DNA of 63,819 bases, filler included, from Nemertoderma westbladi (Eukaryota; Animalia; Xenacoelomorpha), in assembly GCA_032718475.1 (NCBI GenBank). It is 4 parts of 4 records of this genome, joined end to end, with 100 filler letters (N's around TTAATTAATTAA, not from the genome) between each part and the next. Parts side by side here need not be neighbours in the genome. Positions count along the whole stretch, not along the records: positions 20,467 to 46,813 come from JAUCBJ010007238.1; 3 more parts are not named here. One strand, given 5' to 3'. The translations under genes were made by a program, and so were the position numbers. The notes beneath the pieces were generated by a model. That model was not told the origin of the DNA. It saw nothing but the letters and a program-made list of their open reading frames with translations, and searched no databases. How positions within the stretch are numbered: position 1 is the stretch's first letter; each line of letters begins with the position of its first letter. Shown in pieces: positions 25,021 to 37,524 of the stretch.

Positions 25021-25319
25021 GTTATTCTTCACTTTAAAAACCCTTAACCTCAAAAAGAACTATTTAAGTGGTGGCAAAAAAAGTAGACTTTTTTTGTCGA
25101 GGGTAGCGAGACAAATAAAAAAGCAAGACAAAAAATGTAACTTTTTACCACCACTTACGTCGTTTTATTTGTTGTAAGTCTTCTAACTTTCATCTGGGTC
25201 TATTCCAGCATAAATATCGTCCATAGAAGCTTCTTCCATAGTGAAATACGGGTACCTTGGGTACCCATAGTTTGACCAATTGTTTTCATATGAAAAGGCT
25301 TTTATTATGAGGTTTTTTT

Positions 25320-26660
25320 TCTAGAATAAATATTTGACCTTCTGACACTAGTATGGTATTTTTTCCAAAAAGTTTCTAGAAAAAAAATGTGTTCTAGAAC
25401 AAAAATGTTTCTCAAAATTGACAACTGACACGTGTTCTATAACATTTATAGAAAAAGATAGAAAATTCTAGCTAGTATAAAAATGAAAAAATGTGTTCTA
25501 GAACAAAAATATTTATCAAAATTGTTAGCTAACACGTGTTCTGTAACATTTATAAAAAAATTAGCAAAAATAGCCAGTATTAGAAATGATCTATTTAATC
25601 TATTATCTATTTAAATGCAATATTATTAATGTCATGGAAACATTACTTTTTTTGTTGACAAAGAAAGTGTTCTTTTTTTGTCAAACTTGTTAACGATTTT
25701 GACAAAAAAGTGAATTACAACAAATAAAACGGTAACAGTTCCTTATGCCACTACACTTTTGAAACATAAATCATTGTTACTATGGAAACCATGGGGAGTT
25801 CTAGAACACCATATAAATGTTATTTAACTATTCTAGAAATATAAATAAAAGAAATATACTGATCTAGAACATAGGCCTATAGCTAGTAATTTTTAAATTT
25901 AAAATAGCTAGTATTTAAAAACATACGGAATCGTAGCCCAGAAACTTGTTGCTGAAGAAAATAACAATTATTTCAAAATAAATAACAGTCTTTTATATAT
26001 AATGGTAACAGTTCCATATAGAACTGCATTTTTATAACATAAATCATTGTTACCATGGCAACAGTGAAGAGTTCTAGAACAAAAAAATATATAATATCTA
26101 TTCTAGAACAAAAATAAAATAAAAAAATTATTGTTCTAGAACATAAAGCTAGTAATTTTTTAAATTTATAATAGCTACTGTAGTAATAAAAAAAAATTTG
26201 ATGTATAACAGCAGTCGGTAAATAAACAGCAGTAAATATGTAAAGAGTTTCCAGAAAATCCAAAGGGTTGCGAAATGAACAAAGGTCAACTCAAAGCGAT
26301 TAAAAGAAAGGTAAGGCTAAAAATTAGAGCAAGGAGTGCAAATGCCTATCAAGAGAAATTATCTGAAAAACTTACCGAATACTTGTGGAGACGTCAGATA
26401 CGTAAGGGAAAATTGCTATTTTAAAATCTCAAAAAAAAATTTATTTTATTTACTAGCTATTTTAAATTTAAAAAAAACTAGCTATATGTTATAGAACATA
26501 ATATTTTTTATTTTATTTCTGTTCTAGAATAGCATATAATACTTGTCTATTGTTCTAGAACTCTTCAACGTTGCCATAGTAACAATGACATATGTTTTAA
26601 AAATTCATTTCTATACGGAACTCTAGCCTATATAATATCAAATCACTCAAATTATCGAAT
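25320..26660. mobile_element. TTCTAGAAC-rich repeat element with inverted blocks around a possible Merlin/ISXO2 transposase relic
   Basis: Blocks ~26020-26180 and ~26450-26620 are inverted. The centre reads RKVRLKIRARSANAYQEKLSEKLTEYLWRR, an E(F/Y)xWR-type C-terminal motif. Confidence 0.45.
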
Positions 26661-27294
26661 ATTAGCTAGTATACAAATTGGATATAATAAACGTTTTTAA
26701 ATAAGTTGCAGGGAATATAATTTCCAGCAACTTGTTGCTAGACTCCCTCACACACAAAGAAACAAGTTTCGGAAACATTTTGGAATAACACCAATTACAA
26801 AACACACATAAAAAATACATTAAAAAAAAAGTTCTATCATAAACACTATCTACCATTAAAAAAAACACTAGCTAACATAAAAAAAACACCAGCTACTACC
26901 GGTAATTAAAAAACAAGTTGTCACCTGCGATTTTCGACATAAATTAATAAGAAAAACACCACCGTAAATAATGATCTGGAAAAATTTTCAATATGGGGGG
27001 GGGGGGGGGGGGTAGGCCAAGTCAGATTCCATGTCAATGGTTCCACAGGGTGAAAGGTTCCATATTGTCACAGGTTTCACAGGGTCAAACGCAATAAACC
27101 CAAGTTCTACATATTCGTGTCTCTTGTGCACTCTTCTTGCAATATGCCTTAATCATTTGTACGTATTCTATATTATCTATCTACCTCTAATTTTGTTGTG
27201 CTGTGCTACTGTGTATTTGCTTCATTTAAACAATGTACGAAATTAAATTAAATTAAATTAAAGGTTGCGCAGAATATTTTAATAATTTTAAGAC

Positions 27295-30200
27295 GTGTCA
27301 AAGGTTCCACAGGGTTAAAGGTTCCACATTGTCACAGGTGTCACAAGGTCAAAGGTTCCATAGCGTCAGAGGTGCCATAGGGTCAGAGGTGCCACAGAAT
27401 CAAAGGTTCCACATTGCCAAAGGTTCCACAGGGTCAAAGGTTCCATAGGGTCAGACTTTCAACAGAAGCAAAGGTTCCACAGGGTCAAAGGTTCCACAGG
27501 GTCAAAGGTTCCACAGAATCAAAGGTTCAACATTGCCAAAGGTTCCACAGGGGCAAAGGTTCCACAGGGTCAAAGGTTTCACAGAATCAAAGGTTCCACA
27601 TTGCCAAAGGTTCCACAGGGTCAAAGGTTCCATAGGGTCAGACTTTCAACAGAATCAAAGGTTCCACAGCGTCAAAACTTCCATAGAATCAAAGGTTCAA
27701 CATTGCCAAAGGTTCCACAGGGGAAAAGGTTCCATAGGGTCAGAGGTTCAACAGAATCAAAGGTTCCACATTGCCAAAGGTTCCACAGGGTCAAAGGTTC
27801 CACAGAATTAAAGGTTTCACATTGTCAAAGGTTCCGCAGGGGCAAAGGTTCCACAGGGTCAAAGGTTCCACAGAATCAAAGGTTCCACATTGCCAAAGGT
27901 TCCACAGGGGCCAAGGTTCCATAGGGTCAACGGTTCGATAGGGTCAGAGGTGCCACATAATTAAAGGTTTCACATTGTCAAAGGTTCCACAGGGTCAAAG
28001 GTTCCATAGGGTCAGACTTTCAACAGAATCAAAGGTTCCACAGGGTCAAAGGTTCCACATTGCCAAAGGTTCCACAGGGGCAAAGGTTCCACAGAATTAA
28101 AGGTTTCACATTGTCAAAGGTTCCACAGGGTCAAAGGTTCCATAGGGTCAGAGGTTCGATAGGGACAGAGGTTCAACAGAATCAAAGGTTCCACATTGCC
28201 AAAGGTTCCATAGGGTCAAAGGTTCCATAGGGTCAAAGGTTCCATAGGGTCAGAGGTGCCACAGAATCAAAGGTTCCACATTGTCAAAGGTTCCACAGGG
28301 TCAACGGTTCCATAGGGTCAGAGGTTCCATAGGGTCAGAGGTTCCACAGGGTCAAAGGTTCCACAGAATCAAAGGTTCAACATTGCCAAAGGTTCCACAG
28401 GGGCAAAGGTTCCACAGGGTCAAAGGTTCCACAGAATCAAAGGTTCCACATTGCCAAAGGTTCCACAGGGTCAAAGGTTCCATAGGGTCAGACTTTCAAC
28501 AGAATCAAAGGTTCCACAGGGTCAAAACTTCCATAGAATCAAAGGTTCAACATTGCCAAAGGTTCCACAGGGGAAAAGGTTCCATAGGGTCAGAGGTTCA
28601 ACAGAATCAAAGGTTCCACATTGCCAAAGGTTCCACAGGGTCAAAGGTTCCACAGAATTAAAGGTTTCACATTGTCAAAGGTTCCGCAGGGGCAAAGGTT
28701 CCACAGGGTCAAAGGTTCCACAGAATCAAAGGTTCCACATTGCCAAAGGTTCCACAGGGGCCAAGGTTCCATAGGGTCAACGGTTCGATAGGGTCAGAGG
28801 TGCCACATAATTAAAGGTTTCACATTGTCAAAGGTTCCACAGGGTCAAAGGTTCCATAGGGTCAGACTTTCAACAGAATCAAAGGTTCCACAGGGTCAAA
28901 GGTTCCACATTGCCAAAGGTTCCACAGGGGCAAAGGTTCCACAGAATTAAAGGTTTCACATTGTCAAAGGTTCCACAGGGTCAAAGGTTCCATAGGGTCA
29001 GAGGTTCGATAGGGACAGAGGTTCAACAGAATCAAAGGTTCCACATTGCCAAAGGTTCCATAGGGTCAAAGGTTCCATAGGGTCAAAGGTTCCATAGGGT
29101 CAGAGGTGCCACAGAATCAAAGGTTCCACATTGTCAAAGGTTCCACAGGGTCAACGGTTCCATAGGGTCAGAGGTTCCATAGGGTCAGAGGTTCCATAGG
29201 GTCAGAGGTTCAACAGAATCAAAGGTCCCACATTGCCAAAGGTTCCACTGGGGCAAAGGTTCCATAGGGTCAGAGGGGCCACAGAATCAAAGGTTCCACA
29301 TTGTCAAAGGTTCCACAGGGTCAAAGGTTCCACAGAATCAAAGGTTCCACATTGCCAAAGGTTCCACAGTGGCAAAGGTTCCACAGGGTCAAAGGTTCCA
29401 CAGAATCAAAGGTTCTACATTGCCAAAAGTTCCACAGGGGCAAAGGTTCCATAGGGTCAACGGTTCGATAGGGTCAGAGGTGCCACAGAATCAAAGGTTC
29501 CACATTGCCAAAGGTTCCATAGGGCCAGAGGTTTCATAGGGTCAGAGATTCAACAGAATCAAAGGTTCCACAGGGTCAAAACTTCCACAGAATCAAAGGT
29601 TCAACATTGCCAAATGTTCCACAGGGGAAAAGGTTCCATAGGGTCAGAGGTTCAACAGAATCAAAGGTTCCACATTGCCAAAGGTTCCACAGGGTCAAAG
29701 GTTCCACAGAATTAAAGGTTTCACATTGTCAAAGGTTCCGCAGGGGCAAAGGTTCCACAGGGTCAAAGGTTCCATAGGGTCAGACTTTCAACAGAATCAA
29801 AGGTTCCACAGGGTTAAAACTTCCACAGAATCAAAGGTTCAACATTGCCAAAGGTTCCACAGGGGCAAAGGTTCCATAGGGTCAGAGGTGCCACAGAATC
29901 AAAGGTTCCACATTGCCAAAGGTTCCACAGGGTCAACGGTTCCATAGGGTCAGAGGTTCCATAGGGTCAGAGGTTCCATAGGGTCAGAGGTTCAACAGAA
30001 TCAAAGGTCCCACATTGTCAAAGGTTCCACAGGGGCAAAGGTTCCATAGGGTCAAAGGTTCCACAGAAAGAAAGGTTTCACATTGTCAAAGGTTCCACAG
30101 GGTCAAAGGTTCCATAGGGTCAACGGTTCGATAGGGTCAGAGGTGCCACAGAATCAAAGGTTCCACATTGCCAAATGTTCCATAGGATCAAAGGTTCCAC

Positions 30201-30990
30201 AGAATTAAAGGTTTCACAAGGTCAAAGGTTCCATAGGGTCAGAGGTTCAACAGAATCAAAGGTTCCACATTGTCAAAGGTTTCACAAGGTCAAACGTTCC
30301 ATAGGGTCAGAGGTTCAACAGAATCAAAGGCTCCACATTGCCAAAGGTTCCATAGGGTCAAAGGTTCCACAGAATTATAGGTTTCACAAGGTCAAACGAT
30401 CCATAGAGTCAGAGGTGCCACAGAATCAAAGGTTCCACATTGCCAAATGTTCCATAGGATCAAAGGTTCCACAGAATTAAATGTTTCACAAGGTCAAAGG
30501 TTCCATAGGGTCAGAGGTTCAACAGAATCAAAGGTTCCACATTGCCAAAGGTTCCATAGGATCAAAGGTTCCACAGAATTAAAGGTTTCACATTGTCAAA
30601 GGTTTCACAGGGTCAAAGGTTCCATAGGCTCAGAGGTTCAACAGAATCAAAGGTTCCACATTGCCAAAGGTTCCATAGGGTCAGAGGTGCCACATAATTA
30701 AAGGTTTCACATTGTCAAAGGTTCCACAGGGTCAAAGGTTCCATAGGGTCAGAGGTTCAACAGAATCAAAGGTTCCACATTGCAAAAGGTTCCAAAGTGT
30801 CAAAGGTACCACAGGATCCAAGATTCCACAAGAGGATCAGAGGTCCCGCAGGGTCAAAGGTTCCACATTGCCAAAGGTTCCACCTGTTCAAAGGTTCCAA
30901 AGTGTCAAAGGTTCCACGGGATCCAAGGTTCCACAAGGTCAAAAGTGCCACAGGGTCAGAGGACCCGAAGGGTCAGAGGTTCCACAGGTT
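27295..30990. repeat. Complex 17-bp satellite (CAGGGTC/CAGAATC/CATTGCC + AAAGGTTCCA), ~200 monomers, with an 850-bp higher-order duplication
   Basis: Monomer variants are directly visible. Near-identical ORFs at 27601 and 28451 are 850 bp (50x17) apart. Confidence 0.95.
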
Positions 30991-31092
30991 CAGAACATAG
31001 GGTCCAAACCTCCACACATTATTTTAACAATTTTAAGATGTGTCAATGTTTCCATAAAATGGGTCAAAAGTTCCACCCACAGTGTCAAAGGT

Positions 31093-31560
31093 TCCATACG
31101 GAACTTCGTCCCATTCGTACCTTCGTCCCATATGGAACTTCGTCCCATTCGCACCTTCGTCCCCTACGGACCCCCAACCAAACGGACCTTCGTACCATTC
31201 GTACCTTCGTCCATACGGAACTTCGTCCCATTCGTACCTTCGTCCCATACGGACCCCAACCAAACGGACCTTCGTACCATAAATAACTTCATCCCATATG
31301 GACCTTCGTCCCATACAGACCTTCGTCCCATACGGACCTTCGTCCCTCACGGACCTTCGTCCCCTACGGACCTTCGTCCCATACGGAACTTCGTCCCATA
31401 CGGACCTTCGTCCCATACGGAAATTCGTCCCATACGGACCTTCGTCCCCTACGGAACTTCGTCCCATACGGAACTTCGTCCCATACGGAACTTCGTCCCA
31501 TACGGAACTTCGTCCCATACGGACCTTCGTCCCATACGGAAATTCGTCCCATACGGACCC
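31093..31560. repeat. Second 17-bp satellite (CGGAMCTTCGTCCCATA)
   Basis: About 25 tandem units. Confidence 0.93.
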
Positions 31561-32127
31561 TTGAACCCTCTTCGCCTTGGAACCTGGTAGTTTAGATGTT
31601 CAAAATGACTCAACTATCATTGTGTAGCTCTACATTCAAGGTATTAAATAGAGGAAAATATAAAACCGAAAAGATTCATTAATTGTTATAGGGACACTAA
31701 TACCCAAAAATGTGGCCGAACCAAGTGGGAGAACGTCCCTACTAGAAGGTGCGCCAAACATTGATAACTCGAAACCCTTCCTAAACGATTCAGAACACTT
31801 GAAACCGCGTAGTGGAGAAAAATTAACATTTTCCTAATTAATGAATTTTGGCTACAAAACATGGTTTCTGACCCACTGTGCCTTGATTTCTTTCCACGAG
31901 TTTGATTTAGTCGACTCACCAAGTCGCAATGATTAATATCTCACCAAATCCAAGTTTCAAAAACAAAAATTGTTTTTCCACAAATTATATCCAAATATTA
32001 GTTACTAAGTTCCACATTAAAATATTTGGCATTTACTACCTTGTAAAATTGAATCATTAGTGTTGATTGTAGCGCATCGCATTTAAGTAGGTTCACACAT
32101 TGAATGTACGTGTGCCGAATGAAGCTA

Positions 32128-32188
32128 GGACAATTCCGGCCCGGACAATTCCGACCCGGACAATTCCGACCCGGACAATTGCGACCCA
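32128..32188. repeat. 15-bp tandem repeat GGACAATTCCGACCC x4, probably transposon subterminal repeats
   Basis: Direct repeats, with related copies at ~32197 (inverted) and ~32580. Confidence 0.6.
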
Positions 32189-33313
32189 TTCAGAGAATGG
32201 GTCGGAATTATTATTATAAATATAAATAATTAATAGAAATTTCCGGTAATTATTAACAAAAATGTGTTCTAGAAGTCCAAACATTTTTCTTAATTGATCG
32301 CTAATATATTTTAGAACAGTTTTAAAAAAGTAGCAAAAACTAGCTGGTATTAAATATTTGGCGGGGGGTGCGCCCAAAACACATTAGTACCGAATACACC
32401 CAATTCGAAAAATAATATGCAACTATAAATTACATAACAAACGTGACTAGAACGAAGAATATCCATGGACACAGCAATATTATGTTGAATATTAAAATAA
32501 TCTAATGTTAAATAAAATTATTATTTAATATTATTATTATTTTTAAATTATTTGTGTCGGATTTGTCCTATGCTGGATCCGGACAATTCCAACCCATGAA
32601 AATTTTATTTGATCTCTGATCCGGACATCAAATGGAAACGATTACAAAAAAACATTGTTTAGATTGTATAATAGGGCCTACTATTGAAATATTATGTTTC
32701 CAAATTTATAGAAAGTTAAGGAATAATGATGTGGTTTACATTTCATGTTTTTTTATGCGGATTGGCGTGTGTTTAACTAAATGAAATGCATCTTAGTCTA
32801 GTGCTGATATTCTGGGATTCCAATACAAGGTTACGGGTTCGTACCGTGCGCGGAGCAACAATCAACAACTACATAAGCAACCCCAAATATGAGAACCAAG
32901 ATAACTTGGAAAACGGTAGAGGAAGGATTTTTCATTGTAAAGATGACCCACCCATGCCATGGTAAAGTCAACGTGAAAGTAAACAGGCGGCAGTACCATT
33001 ATCCTGTCGGATAGGCCTCAAAAAGTTTTACATTCCTGTGGTAAACTTCTGTACAGATAAATCATACGATCCCGGGAAATAAATTAGAAAAGGGTCAATA
33101 TGCTGCTACCAACGATTCAAAAAGTGAGGTTTTAGTCACCACATAAATATTTATATATTTGTAAAAAACACAGCTAAACCTTTTAGAGTTTAATAATTAT
33201 TAACAAAATTGTCTCCAAAAGTTACGTTCATTTGTGAAAGATAAAGTTAACAAACATCCTGAAAAACCTCCTAGGTAAGGCTATGTCGGAATACTCTCTC
33301 TCTGTTCCTGTTC

Positions 33314-35104
33314 TTAAAATTGTATCGGTCTCACATTCTGATCCTTCTTAACTACATTATTTGGTGGTAAATTATTAGAATCCCACGCTGCTTGACCACG
33401 AGCACCAAACATTTTAGAGCCTTTCGATGTGCTATTTCCTATTTGGCCTTTCCTCTCTGCAGCGTTTCTACTCTTCTGAACAAATCCGGCATTTGATGGT
33501 AAATTTCCAGCATCCCAGGCTACATTTTGATGATCTTCCTTTCCTGGTACGATGAGATTGGCAACATCGATAATTTTGGCAATTCTTTCCGGTTTTGCGA
33601 AATTCTTCCTGAGATTTTTGAATAACGTGGGGTTCTTTGCAACGACTCCAGCAACATTTGATGCTAAATTGACAACATCACCCAATATATTACTTCCATT
33701 TCCATTGGGTGGATGGCTGTTGCCGCTATTCTGTCCCTGTCCATCTAGGTCACCTACTCCGATAATTTGTCTCTGCTCGCTGGTTTGCCGTGACCCGTTC
33801 CAGCTTCCTGCCACCTGTCGCTGACGGTATGTACTCGGTTGGCCACCTGAGTTCGCGCGACACGAATTTTGACCATTGTCTACGGTTTCATGAACCGCGG
33901 AGGTACCTGGCATTATTTCTCGAACTATTTCGGTTGAAAGTTTCCTGTTATCGGCAATAAACCTGGAAGCAAATCGCAAACCTTCCGCCACACCTCGTAT
34001 CTGTTGATTAGGCCTCTCACTCCCATACTCAACATCTATACATTGGTCTTCCGTTCCTGTGACGACATTGGCAACCTCATGGACCGTCTGGATCCCTTGT
34101 ATCAATTTGGAAACCTTTTGCTTTTGACCGGATGCTTCTCCAATCAATTCTACAATCTCCTTGTTATCAGAAACCAGTTTGACACCCCCTACAAAAAGAC
34201 TTTTTGCATCCGATGCTGTTTTCAGAAATTTCTCCTTATCCACATTGTTGGCAGCCCCTTTAACAGCGTTGAAAAAGTTACCCGCACTCTTAGCATTCAC
34301 TTTCCGCGTAACCCCTTGAGCAGCGGCAAAAAATGTACCCCCAGCCTTACTAAGGTTCGACACATTTACCTTCTGCGTAACACCTTCAAACGCGGCAAAA
34401 ACGTTTCTACCTTTAATTGGGTTATCTAAAACATTATTTAACGTTGACAGTTGAATGTTGTTACTCTTCACGGGCAAATTAGGGAACTTACCAGGGAGAG
34501 TGGCGAATTTATTAAATGGGTTGAATTGCACAGCCTTTCCTACTGCGCTCGTAAGAAAATTAGTAGGTTTGTTCGAGGATATTATTTGCTGGGCGTCTAA
34601 CACAGGTAATTTAAAATCGCCATTTTGACCTACGGCAGCAGATTCACATGGATGTTCATTACTTATCGAAGGGAATATACTGAGGGGGGTGGATGGAATA
34701 TTTGTTGTCGTTCTTTCATCATCTAAGGTACTTCCAATTTCATCAGTAAAATTGTTTTGGGTTGGAGGCGAGTTACTAGTGGATATCGTCGCTTCTCTCT
34801 TATTCTCTAAATATGCCGTTGGGGGTGTCCATTTATGAACCCTTACCGCCTCAGGGTAAAGAAATCCCTCTAAAACCTTACCAGGAAGTGACAGCGTTTT
34901 AGCAAAAATGGAAGAAAATAAGTTGCCTTTAGGGGCGGTGGGAATAGTTTCTCTAACGCATTCCGAGTTTCCTAACGATTCATCATTCCTAAAGGTATTA
35001 TTCTGCTCACCATTGTCTTCTGCAGAAGTAAATTCGTCTGGATCTCTTTGGATCAATGTATTATTGGCCATAGTGGATGAGTATGAGGGATAAATTTTTG
35101 TCAT
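33314..35104 (-). CDS. Orphan intronless protein, 596 aa, N/Q/G/S-rich with several helical repeat modules
   Basis: 1.8-kb uninterrupted ORF. Short FxAxxGVTxKVN-like repeats, three ~45-aa modules and two AWDxxNLP motifs near the C-terminus. Confidence 0.8.
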   Translation of the reverse strand: MTKIYPSYSSTMANNTLIQRDPDEFTSAEDNGEQNNTFRNDESLGNSECVRETIPTAPKGNLFSSIFAKTLSLPGKVLEGFLYPEAVRVHKWTPPTAYLENKREATISTSNSPPTQNNFTDEIGSTLDDERTTTNIPSTPLSIFPSISNEHPCESAAVGQNGDFKLPVLDAQQIISSNKPTNFLTSAVGKAVQFNPFNKFATLPGKFPNLPVKSNNIQLSTLNNVLDNPIKGRNVFAAFEGVTQKVNVSNLSKAGGTFFAAAQGVTRKVNAKSAGNFFNAVKGAANNVDKEKFLKTASDAKSLFVGGVKLVSDNKEIVELIGEASGQKQKVSKLIQGIQTVHEVANVVTGTEDQCIDVEYGSERPNQQIRGVAEGLRFASRFIADNRKLSTEIVREIMPGTSAVHETVDNGQNSCRANSGGQPSTYRQRQVAGSWNGSRQTSEQRQIIGVGDLDGQGQNSGNSHPPNGNGSNILGDVVNLASNVAGVVAKNPTLFKNLRKNFAKPERIAKIIDVANLIVPGKEDHQNVAWDAGNLPSNAGFVQKSRNAAERKGQIGNSTSKGSKMFGARGQAAWDSNNLPPNNVVKKDQNVRPIQF

Positions 35105-35451
35105 GAAATTTTATTTCGAATGCATGTTTTTTACAATTTTTACTATTGTATGTTTTCTTGTCAACTGTTACATTGTACGAAACAAAAATAAACATAAAAT
35201 AATGAAAGAAGGTACATAGTTAATAAATTATGTTACGTTTATTAGATATTCCAGAAATGGCGTTGTTAGGACAAATCATTATTTTAATCAAGCTCAATAC
35301 AGCTCTCGTTTGGACACTCCGGAGAAAAACTAACATTATATAATTATATTACGGCATTTAAGTAATATCGGCTTGTCACGTACACGTTAGTAACGATATA
35401 TGAGTTGTTATGACATATTTCGCCAATGTATTTATTCATACCAATATTTCA

Positions 35452-35560
35452 TAGTTGAAAACTCAAAGTTATATTCTTATAGTTGAAAACTGAAAGTTAT
35501 ATTCTTATAGTTGAAAACTGAAAGTTATATTCTTATAGTTGAAAAATCAAAGTTAAATTC
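35452..35560. repeat. 28-bp tandem repeat TAGTTGAAAACTGAAAGTTATATTCTTA x~4
   Basis: Directly visible. Confidence 0.85.
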
Positions 35561-35987
35561 TAATACCAATTATATTTAATAATTATTTATTACTTGGGAA
35601 AAAAGTAGAACTTATTTTCACAATCTTTATCTACCGAGCTCCATCGAGGTTAATAAAGGGTCGAGAGAATATTGAAAAAAAAATGATGTACGTTTTTTCC
35701 CCCCCGAAATACGTAATTTTATTCTTAAATGATTTTTGCTACAAAGTATATATTATTAAATTTAATATTTAAATTAATTGTAAATATAATCAAAATGCAA
35801 ATTGTAATAACTTCAAACGCTACAGAAATAAATTCCTAAATATTGCCTTTATTCTTAAATTGGTACTTTTAGAAATAAAGGGCTCAATTTTCTCTTGGCT
35901 CAATTTGCGACCGATACCACGCGCTCAGCTGCAAGTAGTGCCCATTTCTTACCTTTCTCGCCTCAATTTAACTCTACACTGAATTTT

Positions 35988-36307
35988 TGAGGCATAGTCT
36001 ATGCCTCAGTGCTTCAGTGAGTCATAGTCTATGCCTCAGTGCCTCAGTGAGGCATAGACTGTGCCTCAATGCCTCAGTGAGGCATAGACTATGCCTCAGT
36101 GAGTCATAGACTATGCCTCAATGCCTCAGTGAGGCATAGCCTATGCCTCAGTCAGTAATAGTATATGCCTCAGTGAGGCATAGCCTATGCCTCAGTCAGT
36201 CATAGTATATGCCTCAGAGAGGCATAGTCTGTGCCTCAGTGAGTCATAGTCTATGCCTCAGTGAGGCATAGTCTGTGCCTCACTGCCTCAGTGAGGCATA
36301 GTCTGTG
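35988..36307. repeat. Satellite of overlapping palindromes (GAGGCATAG-T-CTATGCCTC and TGCCTCA-G-TGAGGCA)
   Basis: Directly visible. Confidence 0.9.
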
Positions 36308-36370
36308 TCAGATCTTAAATGAGAGTCTTACAAATTCGAACGGCAACGAACAAATTCGAAGGTTACTGTT

Positions 36371-36443
36371 CCACCTTGGTGTAGTGGTTGCGTTGAATTC
36401 ACATCTCCCGTATGTAATGGGTTCGATCCCCGCATGAACCAGG
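36371..36443 (+). mobile_element. tRNA-like Pol III head (SINE or tRNA pseudogene)
   Basis: A box TGGTGTAGTGG and B box GGTTCGATCCC. No clean cloverleaf. Confidence 0.5.
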
Positions 36444-37524
36444 GCAGTTTTCGTTCGGTCAGCAATAGGCATAACTTTGCAAAATGCAGTATTATTGCCT
36501 AGTAACCAATTCATGGCTACTATATGGTTTTCACTTTGAGACATTTCGCCCTCTAGCGGCAGACTGGGGAACTTCAGACTACTCTGTGACTCTGCAAAAG
36601 ATATAGCCCATATTGTAATAGATACCGACTGGAGGGGTCAAAAGTAAGTAATAATATATCTAAATAAGTCTCAAACATCTTGCCTCGTGGCTCGCCCCTT
36701 AGAACTCTTAAGCAATATGGCTTCAAAGTTTTTAAGGAAAACTGGTAAACAAGATTTGTTAATTACGCAAACCTCGCAGTCTTAAGTAATTAATTATACA
36801 GTAGGTTAGATCGTTTTGAGAATAGGACCGTTGGAAACAGCGCTCTCGATAACCTCAGTACAAAGAAAATTAATACAGATTAACCGGATTTAGCTTGTTA
36901 ATATAAAACATAAATTATAATACAGTAGAACAATTGGGGTTGTAAATAAAAACAAATTAAATTGAAGATAAACTGTATATATATAAACTTATGTATTAAA
37001 AGAGGGCCCTATTTAATTATACAGTATACTGAAAATGGTTAGCGATACCATAATTACATTATAGATAGGGATGCGGCTTCCTTAAATGAGGCAATCCTGA
37101 CGCAGCACAAATAATTTTAAGAGGTGCCCCCTATAAATTGCTCATTCATGCGTAACTGGTAACCTAGGCGATAGCTTGTCTTAAGTTTAGGCCCTTCGAC
37201 AACATTAACTCCAAAATAGTTACCAGTAAGGGAGCTGTATACCCTAGGGCTAAATAAGGCTGCAAGTCTATGGTTAGATGCTTCCAATAATGATCTCATT
37301 TAGTAGCGGTAAGTAATATAAAAACTAATTAATCTAAAAATATAAATCAATGTATAAAGTAAAAGTAATACAATTAATTAATTTAAAATAAAGTACAAAT
37401 GAATAAAGTACAATTAAATAAATTAATTAAAAATAAGTACAATTAAATATAATTAAATAAATTAAAATTAAATACAAATAAATAAGTATTAATAAATAAA
37501 AGAGCTGCGGTGTCACTTATGACA

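Noticed and set aside
27414-31590. Many QRFH/KGST/PYG-repeat ORFs
   Set aside because: Products of 17-bp satellites. They are open in several frames with non-ATG starts.
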